Positions 13,123 to 24,900 of a stretch of DNA of 64,000 nucleotides are shown in pieces; the first letter of the stretch is position 1; each line of letters begins with the position of its first letter. The DNA is taken from NCBI GenBank assembly GCA_002633005.1, contig NMRA01000981.1:1-64000 (forward strand), written 5' to 3'. The notes under the pieces are model-generated. The model saw nothing but the letters and a program-made list of their open reading frames with translations. It searched no databases and was not told the origin of the DNA. Both the position numbers and the translations under genes were made by a program. The DNA is from Phoronis australis. Its lineage: Eukaryota; Animalia; Phoronida.

Positions 13123-15921
13123 TCACTGTTTGTGTTTCTGCTTTTTTTTCTTCTGATGACTTTGATGAATGTTTCTCTTCTTTCTTTTCTTTTTAGTGTG
13201 TCCATCATTGTCTCTGGTTGCTTCAGTCCCATCTTCATTGCTGCTGCTATCCTGAAATTCAAAAATCGGTCCACCTTAGAAGTGTAAGTTATGTGTATTT
13301 GATATTCCTACATAACAATGCATTTGTGACCTAGCTCCTTTCCACCAAGGAGCACCCTTCAAGTTTGATGAGTCGGCAAGTTGCAATAAATCTTATTTTT
13401 TTTTGACAAAGAGTTTTCACTTGCATGAATTATGTTTTATTGCTTTGGTTTAATAAACTGAAAACACATGAAATAAAAATATTTCGCTGGTAAAATTTGA
13501 AAGGATCTTTCAGCTACTGATCAAACACAAACATAGACCCTAACCTGTCACTGGTAAATATAGATTACAATTACTGTTTTAAACTTGATAAATCCTTACC
13601 TGGTAAGTTGCTACAAGTTTTTCTTGTATGAGTTCTCTCTGGCTTTTTTGTGACCCCTTGTCATAATAGGTGTCTGCTGTTTTTATACTGTGGGCCATGT
13701 GTTGGGCGAGCGAAATCTGGTCTTCCCTGGAGCCACCACTCTCCCTGATAAGGGTCACAGCTAGTTTGCGAGCTTTTGATGCTGAAAATAAAACCAACAC
13801 TCAATGACCAGACACACAAAAATTTAGTGAACTGCATCAAATAACACTGGGAAATAGATAAGTTGAAAGTTTTATGCATCATAAAAGTGCCAAATCTTTC
13901 CAGCAATGCTCTTTGTGAAATCAACTATAAAATGAAATTCCATATGCCAAGTGGGAAATCCTGAAATGTCCATAGAAACATTGCACTTGATATAATGCAG
14001 GTGAAGAGAATGGCATGCAAGTTAATGTCGCTTCACTGTAACAATTGATGAAACGGCACCGAGCAAGCTCATGGCTGTACAGTCTGAAATGATATGTCTG
14101 TACGATTTTCTAAGTGATGGCATCTTAGCACATTCTTCCATCATTACATTAAAATGAATTTTCCATATTTAAGATTGTTATTTGCCAGCTTTGGCGCAAC
14201 AGAGTGTCAAATCTCACCTGTGAGCTTTGGCCATGGCTTGAATTGGCGTTCCTCATCAGTTAGGGTTTTCCCAAAGCCGTCCCACTCAGCATGTTGTATT
14301 TTGCTGTAATTCTGTAATAGATAACCGACATAATTGTAACGCATTGATTTTGTCAATTGGAAGTGTGGAAAATGGAGAGAAGAGGTGAGGAAAATGAGAA
14401 CAAAACAAACAAATAGAAAAATGGAAAACTTACTGAGGAGTCGATCTTGCCTCCGTTTTTGTGCGACACAAAAACATAGCGACCCTCGCTATTTAAGTGT
14501 CTTGTACACTGTATAAAATTCAACAGCTCTTCGTGTACCTCAACAGGAACAAAGATTGTTGACTTCAGTCCTGCCGCCGCTGTTTTATGATGGGATAGCT
14601 GGAAAAAAAATTAGAGTACTCTTGAGTTCATTTCGCCCATTTGCTAAAGTCATACATTCACTGAAATCAGAGTAACAATATCACATGTTATTGGGTTTAA
14701 GTCTCACAACCACTAATGTTATGCATTCTCTGAAGGTAGAGTAAAATTATTGCAACAGATTTCTTCTCAAATACAACTAATAGCATGATGAGCATGTATT
14801 CAGGCTTCTTGTACTGGCCCTCATTTCATTGACTACGAGAAAAAAACATACGTGGTACTCGTACTGATGGCCCACTATGGGAGCTGTTGCATTTTGAACA
14901 CTCTCTATCTCTAGGTTAGTAATGTCGCCTGCTCTTTTGGCATTGGTAACTTGCAAGAAGAGACAGAGAGCATTCCTTCTGTGCACGAGGTTTTGGGACT
15001 TGCGGTGGTCGGAATGGTAATGGCTATTCAAGTACATCTTTACTTGCCATCGTTGAACACCTTGGGGCAGGGAGATTAGGTCGCTGAAAAAGTGATGGTA
15101 TTTAGTACATGCATCATTATTTCAGATGACTAAATTGCCATGCAAAGACCATTTTGTCACTGAGTAAGGTCTATAGCTGAACAGTCGGCATCTGGCCTTT
15201 TTGCAACTCTACAAAGCGTTCAAAGTAAATTTTTGATTCATAGCCTTCAAAAGCTTAGTTATTTAGCAAACGGAAAAAAATCAACTGTAAAATTTCATAG
15301 GAAACTATAATTTATAGGACACTGTTCCATGTGAAACTGGTCTTACCTTTTCATTTTCTCAGTCTGTACATCCTTTGTTAGACTGACAGCGCAGTTTTTT
15401 ATATAGCCGTATATTCTTTTCATGTCGGCTACTCTTACATTCAGATGGCGCAGCCACCGGGGACTGTTACCCAAAAATTCTAAGAACTTTTGGGTGTAGT
15501 GGAGGTAAATTTTGATGGTTTCTGAGCTAAAATACAAAAGGTTTAGTCATTGTTATCAGGGTGTAATATTCAAATTAGGATTCACTGTCTGAACCTTCAT
15601 TACCTGTTGCAGTTTATTATGATGTCACCAAATGTAAAATAAACAGAACTATTTTTCATCAAGACTAAAACATAGCTTAACTTATTTTTTAAAAGACATA
15701 TGTGACTTGACTGAGAAAATTGTTTGGTAAATTTGATGACTTACGTCTTTCCATTCTCTTGCATAATCTCAATTGTGCCTCCTGGTTTACCTATGGCCTC
15801 GAGGGCCATCAAACCCTCCTTCGAAAATTGCCGCACAATGGCCTTTATCCCGCTCCGGTGGGCGGCCATTGTCTTTTCTCCCCGTCTTTGCCCAGACGAG
15901 CCACGGTCTTTTAAGTCACCA
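13123..15921 (-). CDS. Tyrosine recombinase (phage integrase fold, Crypton-like) exons of the fused gene
   Basis: Seven exons join in frame: ...LCLFLQVTNAKRAGDITNL (catalytic Arg)...LSHHKTAAAG (Lys)...YVFVSHKNGGK...KLTASKARKLAVT (second Arg)...LAQHMAHSIKTADTYY (His and nucleophile Tyr), ending in KKKRKKRNIHQSHQKKKKQKHKQ*. Confidence 0.9.
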
Positions 15922-18900
15922 CTAAAAGAATCAACCAGTTTTTGATATCAAAGAAAGTACAACCTTTTGATCAACAGACTCAGTTATCAAATATTTTGAA
16001 TGTTGTCATTGATGTTTGATATAAGGTTTAATCATTGGCTGTCTGGATGGTTAAACATAAGCCGTTAGGTTGTCAACTACTCACACGTAGTCCTCCAAGA
16101 CTTTGGAAAAACTGTCCATTTCCATGGTCACGGGGGCCAGCACAGCTCTCTTGAGCATGTTCGAGTATTCTGGTGTCCCCTTTTTCAAGCCATGCTTGGC
16201 TTGAAGGTGCTGGTCCACTCTGGTTGTTACCGTTGTGCAACCAGCAAAAGGACACACATGCCTTTTGGTGCTTGACTTTGGTACCTTTTTGTGGTATACA
16301 CTACCATGGACAGTTTCAACATGGCGCTTTAGGTTCACAACCATTGCGCCACACTCCTGGCACTGCCTTTGCTTTCTTTTTGTTTTTTTGTCAGGCACAG
16401 GCTCCTTTAAAAGAAATGAAATACATCGTGATTAAATTTCTTACTTTGAAATTTTTGTGACCATTCACAAATTAATGTCAATGTCTTAACATGCATGACT
16501 TTCACTTAAAGGAGTCCTGAAATGTTATGTTTTTACGAATTTTTAATTTTGGTATGGCTTTAGTTTTAACTTACTGGTTCAGATTCAGACGATGGAAAGT
16601 CTGGTGGTTGTGAAGATAGCTGCAAACAGAAAAGCATTTAATTTGGTGAGAGACAGTTTAGTACATCTTCATGTGTCGTGTTACAATTTGTATGACATTT
16701 TAGTAACTTTAAACGTAACTTTTCGTAGTCTGAAATGTAACATTTCAAGTATTATTGTATTGAAGGGAGGTAGCTTTTTCGTAAAGTGTTAATTTGATCC
16801 AGATGATACATTTCACTAAATCCAAATGTTTCTGAGAAAAGACTGACTGCTTTACAAATATTTCCATCAATTGTTTCATTAATAATAAAAAAGTATTAGA
16901 TTGAGATCAATAAATTGTTTCTGTTTTTTTTGTGATATTGGTGTTATGTCTTTGAATTTTTCTAATGAACCCCATTTCAACTTTTTTATTTCTGTCTTAC
17001 CTCATTTGAGTCTGGGATGTATTCATCGCCTGACGAGCAAATTTCGGGGCTTGATCTTGATGGGCACCACTAGAATTTAAAGAGATGTGGTTCTTCAAAA
17101 ATGTGTAAACCAACTTGCAATGTTTTAAGTTTGCAAAATAAACACACTTACATAGATTTTATGTCTAATATTAAAACTGGCATTTAATTTGGAATGTGTC
17201 AACTATAATCAATGTCTGGTTTAGACATGGCCGTGGTATATGGGACTCGGAATCACAACTAAATTAGTTGTAAGGACTACATAAATTGTGTTTGATAATT
17301 TCGATGATATATATCTGTGTGTTTAGTTACACCAAGATGGCATAATGAGATTCAACAAGCTGAAAACCATACATCTTGAACGACTGGTTTCCAAGCCAGA
17401 GGAGACAAGGTACTTGGTCCAGCGGCAGGTGATGGCTCGTGGACTGGAGGGTCCTCACTGTGTGGCTAAAATGAAAACACAATATATGTTAGCCATATCA
17501 TTACAAAGAACCTCACAACTTGGTGAAGCACAAAATAGTGACCATTGGACACTTGATTTTGCTCTTTTAATTGTTGGCAAATTAGTATAGCAACTAATGT
17601 TTCTTACTCAATTAGGAGAAAAGGAGTGAAGTAACATAGGAGTTCCTAATCTATCCACATTACCTGGCTGGACTCTTCAAGAGTGGTGTCCACTCCTAGC
17701 AACCATTGGTCAGTCTCATAGCTGTCAATATGTGGCTGAAATGATTAAACGGTTTGCTAGTTATTAAATAGTGTGGTGGCAGGCTTGTCCAAATCATGTA
17801 TTCCTAAACACCATCCTGTTGTTAATGAATGCCCCTTGATTTTGGAGATATTGATCTCAGAGCGAAACTTTTTTTCTGACAGCAATGTCAAAAATCTTAA
17901 ATGTGCAACTTACCACATTTGTCAGGTCCTTGTCCAAATACTCTTCCTCTCTAAATTCGTAGACATCCACGTCTGCATTCTAAAATATATTTTCACTTTT
18001 CAGTTACTCTAGAGTGTAACATGGTTTATTGTAATACCAAATGGAAATCTTAATATCCAGCTTTGGTCGTTATGTTTCCTCCATTATGTTACCTAAATTT
18101 GAAACAGATTTGTTTTGTTCAACTGGATGATCACAAAGTTTAGAAACCAATTGGACTGCACGCATTTTCGTATGCAAAAACAGGCTTTGAAATGTTTGTG
18201 TTTTCCACTAATAATATCTATTTGAACTTAATGGTGTAAAGCATCTCAATTTAAAAAAGTCTCTTGCTTCACTTCTGTCTCTTCTTCATACATTGTGTCT
18301 CCTTTGGTTTCTCTCTGATGTAAATATAAAAGATTATTAATCTGATCCTCTTAACATGGAAGTTACATCATCGTATTAATCATTATCATGCTGGAAACTA
18401 AGCTACTTATTTTTAATTACTAACATTAATTTAAGAGTTTAAATGATAATAATTCATGCAGTGTAATATTAGTGTTGTTGTCAATCAATGTATTTTTAAT
18501 AAATGCAAGCAATATTAAATAAATACTACAAATTGGTGTTTTCTTCACGATTATTAGTGTACAATAACATTCACCCCTACCTCAGGCATAGCCCTTGAAC
18601 TTGCATTGAATATGTATGGAGTCTGAAAAACAGACAAAACCACGAATTATGTATCTAAATGTCGTTGGAACGACAGATGCATTAATCTGTGCACAAATAT
18701 TTGAGTTGTTTGAATTGCTTTAAATAATTGTAATCAATTAAAAATGTGGAATGCAAAAGTCTGAATGTATAGTTGTCGAAATTCACACTTTTACCACAGG
18801 TAATAACTTACCTTTCTTTTGTCCGAAATTTGTTCGACTTCAGGCTGAAATGGGTGCAATGCGAAATTGTTAATTTGTATATTTTATAATATAATCGAAA

Positions 18901-21900
18901 TCTTGAGTCATCCAGTAAAAACATATAGGAACAGCTTTAAACAAAAATTAAGCCTGGTATACAAATTTGGAAACTACAAAATTAATTTATAATGAATGTG
19001 CACAAAACAAACACAAATCTGCTGTTATGGAAATTTAGATATAAGATTCTTGAAGGGCTCTTGTCTCCTTCAAAGGGTGTTGTAAATGGTTGTTTGCTGG
19101 ACATCTGGTCAAAAATGATCTTGATCATATCAGGGCTTGGAATTTTCCGCGGAAACGCGGATTTCCGCTTTTTTCAAATGTGTTTTCCGCTTTTTTTATA
19201 ATATTTCCGCGTAAAAAAATAGGATTTGATATAAAATTTCTGCGGGAAATTCCTTTCTTACCGCGGGGTTGCAGACGACGTTCACATCGAAAAGCGGAAG
19301 TTGCTCTTCATGTTTCGGAGGAACGTAAATTGTCATCATTGCCGGGGCATCTGGGACAGCGTGGTGGGAGATTTTCAATGGCGTCTCGTGTTATTGTTAA
19401 GCGCGGCGACAAATACTACCGCTCTGCAGCCAAAAATGTGTGGGTTGGGAGTGGACGGGCGGGTTAAAAGGACGCAGATGCATGCTACTGATGGTGGTAA
19501 CGTTTTTTTTTTCTTTTTTTAGTCCTCCCGATTTTTGTCGGGGAAAGGTTCACACTGACCATTTCAAGGCTGGTTTCCGCGTTTTTTGTCATTGGTCATT
19601 CCAAGCCCTGTCATATGCTTTATGTAATTAGTGGTATCGTCCCATTTCCAGGAATATGCTCAATTTTGAGATACCATGCAGAGAGAAGAACAGGTACCAC
19701 AGAGGAGTTCAAGAGACTATCTACATTAAAACCTTGAAGCCATCCTTCAACAAACTATGTGGCGTTAAGTTGAAGCTGGCCTTGATGATGGCATGGAGTA
19801 CCAAAACAACATGAAGAAGACAATCCATTACTTGAGTTCCCATTATTCACAATCATTCTTTTGAAGAAGGCAAGATATCTCAGAGGATCTAGCAGGTTTT
19901 AAAGGTAAAAAATGTCCAAGTCAGCAGATTTTGTTTCTATAGTGCACGTTCAGGATAATTTAATTTTGTGTCCAAACATATATACCAGGGCTAAATGTAG
20001 TTAAAATGTGCAATATTACTGTGTTCCAAAAAGTTGAGCAAACATGTATTGTGACATTGTGAACATTAGCCTTATAATTCAAATGGGGCTTATTTTTCGT
20101 TAGTAAAGGCAATGCACATTTAAGTTTAACTAGGACCTTATCAACTGTTTCTGAGATGTGCTCCCCAAAGTTAGTCACATATACTTTTAAGTTAAACTAA
20201 TTTAAACATCGCAGCGTTTTCAAGTGTAAAGACGATAGCAGATTAATTGTGAAGTTACTCGTATATGAAAGACAAATACTTACATAGCCCCCGTCTGTTT
20301 TTCTCTTTCGCTTTTTGGATTTGGAATTTTTTACTTCCATCTGAAACACGCAAGAATGCATCTCAGCAAGTTGACCCAAGCTGTTCTCAAATTGAAGTTA
20401 CTAACCCTCTCAGTATATGAATATCACCGGTTATTTTCAGTGTACTATTTTTTCCTGGAATTGTATGCAGGAGCTTCAATCGGTTTTATATTTCTCTTAA
20501 AAATCCAACTCAATACATATGCAATTGGAAAGTATGTATGTGCTGACAAATTTAAAATAGCGATTTTAAGCAAAGTAAGTTTTTCACAGGTAATGGAAAT
20601 CGACTTTCAAACAGAGTGGTTCAGACAAGGTCACGTTTCGAGCATAGCAGCAATATCATCTTAAATCAAATAATGCTTGTATACTCCTAGTACATGCAAC
20701 AACTTACCACTTCGTTGTCCTTCTTTTGATCTGCTGCAGTCTGAAATGCATATGAAATACTGACTGACTCGAAAACCACATGTGATTTCTGATATGTATC
20801 ATAATCCCATTGAAGGTGAATGCCACCCAATTTAGTTAGTCTCTTTTACAGTCTTAATCAGTCTATTTGGTTCACTAGTATAGTGTTTTCTTGGCTGGAA
20901 GTTTTTAACTTTGGCGGGTTTATGTTGGTGGTGTCTTTAGTTTGGTGGTGACGGGTCTGATTGGTTTCTAAGCCACTGGCTGGGATAACTAGTGTGTTGT
21001 GTGTTTAGAACTGAAAAATCACAAATCTAATTATTACAACACTTAGCTATGTTATCCGCCCTGCCTGTACTTCATGGAAGAATAATTCGACTTTATCACG
21101 GAACTGACCCCAAACTCCTGCAACCGAACTCTGTAAGGTTACGGTACTATCATATACTTAAAAATCAGTGACAGTGAAATAATACAACACGTTTGTTCAA
21201 GAACTCAATGTTTTTGTAAATGTTTTACCTCATTAAGCATGTTGTCAACTGCTGACCGACTGCATTAGACGCTCTGACGTCATTGGTTAATTTGAAAACA
21301 TCTGTTTGCCATCAGGTGCCGGGTAAAAGAACTGAACTCATTGTTATCCAGTTGAACTACTCTATCTAAATTGATACAAAACTGGTTGTTTTTCGGTGGC
21401 ATTCTCCCTTAAGGAAATACTTAAATTGCAGTTTAGCTGAAACTAGAATGTGTGTACTTTTATTTTTTCTTCCAAACTTGTATAACGGAGCTCAATTGAT
21501 GTCCAAGAGATTTATAAATTCTACTACAAGTTCTTCAGTCTGAAGGTAAGGATATGTGTAGTGCGAAATTGTGAATGCGCTGTTAATTTTAACCAAGAAA
21601 GTCGATTTGAACTACTGTAAACAGAGCATCAGAATAATTATTTTATTACAGGCAAATAGTACTTACATTTTCCGTGTCCAATTTTCTCTTGGAACCTTTG
21701 GCTTTGGTCTGAAACACACAAATATGCTATTCGAGATGCCAATCAAACCTATTCAGAATAGAGTTGCGAACTGTATTTCAGTTCTTAATTAATTTTATCA
21801 AAGATTATTTTCAACAAATCATTATTTTTTCTCCAAACTCGAACTAGGAAGCAAGACAAAATACTGTTCTTAGGGTCATCTTAAAAACTTCAGTTTTTTA

Positions 21901-24900
21901 CACATGCATTGCAAATTGAAAATGGGGTGAAAACTCTAAGTAACTTAATTTAAATGAGGTTAATTTTAGTCACACCTTTTGTTTTCTCCACCAGAGTGAA
22001 CCAGGATCTCCACGGTAATCATAATGGAGCTCCTCTCCTTTGTCGATATCCCTGCTCGCATACAGGACCAGGCGAGGAGTGTCAGACACTACTTTCAATT
22101 TCATAGTGCTATTGCACTCAGCTGTGCACTCCTCTGCATCATTCACGAGATGCGCAAGTCTTCCAACAGTGTCTTTGGCATCAATGCTACAGAACAAAAA
22201 GAGGAAGTGTGTGAGTATTAAAGTGGAATGGTTGAGTGTTGTGTTACATGTCGATTGTATGATGCACGAACACCATGTGGGTGAGTGTTTGCACTTACCA
22301 CATTTGTTTTCCACTGTATTTGAAGTAATACTGGTAAAATCTAGGGAAAGGTGTATCTGGAGGCACCGATACTTTGACGTCTCTTGCCAGTAACAGTTCC
22401 CCAACATATTCCAGAAGGAAGTCGCCCTTGCTGAAGGTTTTTGTTGTAAAGACACCACGGCCTGAAATATTTTTAAGAACAAAAACGTTGAAACCTCTTT
22501 CACACACGCGCACCCCCACTTCCACCGCCTTTATGTGGCTTGTCTGTCATGTCATGTGCCGCCCCAACCCTGAGTTGTCACCCACTGTCTTCGTCAATTT
22601 TGTACCAATTCTTTTTTGTTAGTGCCGTCCTCTTCCATACTTACTGCTGTCTACCTGTGGCTTCAACATTCCCCTAGCATCATTCACAGTAGATGTTCAC
22701 ATTGCTCTATAGTTAAATTTGAACTTCAATTTCACCTAAATATCATTTTGTAAAACTATCCAAGTCATGACATCACGCAAACAGTTATTAATTTTTCCAA
22801 TAATCATGCATTGTACCAATGTAAAGTTTAATTGCATCCTCTTACATGTATGCTCAAAAACAATTCATGTGAATTAATAAGTTACCTAAGTCTGAAAACA
22901 ATTATACCTCTAGCACAAAAGTAGTGCATGACATCAGTGGCTCGTGTGAGCACTGCAACTATTCTGAGACTGTTCCAACAAATCCTCGGGCTGTAAGTGT
23001 GATGATCACTGTAATAGTTTACTTAAGATTTAAAAGTGCATTACCCTTTTCTTCGGAGACGTATCGGACATCAAAGCCTTCTTGGTCATAACCCGCATTG
23101 CAGAAAAATTGAGCATTCTGCAAACCAAATTGAATTAGTGTAAAGACATTGCCATGTTTAGTTAAGATGTTATATTGTCATCACATGCTGACATGGAAGC
23201 ATTGTTGAGTGCAAAGCAATAACAGATCAGTTCCAGAAGTTGTCGTTTTATCATTGACCAATAAGGGGATAGCATATAAACCCGCTTTCTACCTGAAACA
23301 TGCAATATTATGTGCAGAATGGTAGTCAGTAACATCAAAGGCTTATTTAAGAGGACTAAAGGTCACGGTGTTAATGTTTTGTTTTTCTCCGAATTGGTTG
23401 GGAAGAGATGATTTTATAATTAGAATTTTTACTGCCTCCAAGAAACTTGCAGTTTAGAACTTCATACCATATTGTAGGGTGCTGAAAATGATATACTAAC
23501 AAAAGTCCCTCCAGTGCAAAAGTAGTAGCTGTAGTAGTAAAGTGTATTCTGGATCCATTAACAACATATCTATTTTGTCTCAAGCAAACGTAGTAGCATT
23601 CCAAGTGTTGGGATGATAACAGATTAGCTTTTATAACAGGCAATTAAGGTATTATTTTGATTGCTAAGGCGATAGATCAAGTGAAAAGGTTGTTTTTTAT
23701 GACTTACATGCTCCCTGTCTGTTTCTCTCGTCCTTCGTTTTTTTGTTTGAGAAGTAACGGGTTCCACCTGAAACGTGCATTAATTTGTGTAGGCTTCAAG
23801 ACCACAAAACTCGTTTTAGGAGGTGTATCTCATTTCTTAGTAGCCAAATGTCAAAGATCTCATTCATCTAGTAACATTATTTCTTCCAAACTTGTATAGA
23901 GGAGCTTATTTTGCAAATAGTGATTTTTCAACCCTATTATTTTTTTAATTTTATTATACGTGCGTTGTGAAATGGGAGCAGGCTGAACAGTTCCCACTTA
24001 CAAAATTGAAGTTTTGAGAGCAGATAATTCAAGTTATCATTTTATGGGCAATTTTTACCTCTCTCTTCTCCACATTTTGAATCTGTGTTTTCCTTTTCGT
24101 GTCCTTTTTTTCAGATGCCATCTGAAACATGCAAGAATGTGTATAGAGACAGTAACCAAAGTTGAATTCAGACTAGACTTGTGAATTACCTTTCATCTTG
24201 AACAGTCCCACTATTATTTTTTCAAACAGGTGCTCTCTTGTTCTAGATAAAACAGTTTTCACAGTTTTCTTAAAAGCTTGGTAGATATGCAATACAAAAT
24301 TGTGAATCTGCTGACAATTTTGAAACTAATAACTTTAAACAAAATGTGCGTATTAAATCATGCATTGGCAACTGCATACATGTATATGTTCTGTCTCAGT
24401 CTGTAATTTCTAAGAGCATTTATGACTAACAAGTTGTAACAAGGTTATATTTTCATTTGCTAAGCCAATGGACTTATAATTCAGTCTCATTATAACATGG
24501 AAGCATTTTCAAATGTAAAGGCAATGTTAGTTCGATTCTAAAATTGAAACACAGAAGCTACTTCATATACCTCTCCAGTCTCCGCTTTTTCATGTACCTC
24601 TCCCTTCTCTGCTTTTCTCCGCTTTTTCTTTTTCTTTTTCTTTTTTTCGGAATCCATCTGAAACACGTTGGAATATGTGTTGAGATGTAAAGATGAAATC
24701 AGAATTCAGACTAGAAGTATGAATAGTATCTCAGTAATATTAAATAGTTATTTAACAAATTAAGTTTTAGGTTTTCTTCAAATTTGTGCTTACTACATTG
24801 AATTTTGTGCTTTGATCACAGGCAACAACTTACTGCTCTCTTATCCTTTTGCTTGTTTTGAAACTGAAATGCCTAGGGAAATTTACAGACTAACTGAAAA

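Noticed and set aside
20870-21010. Strong tttcag acceptor inside the SET-to-zinc-finger linker
   Set aside because: All three frames hit stops, and the sequence is an inverted homologue of about 8578-8690, so it is a repeat rather than an exon.
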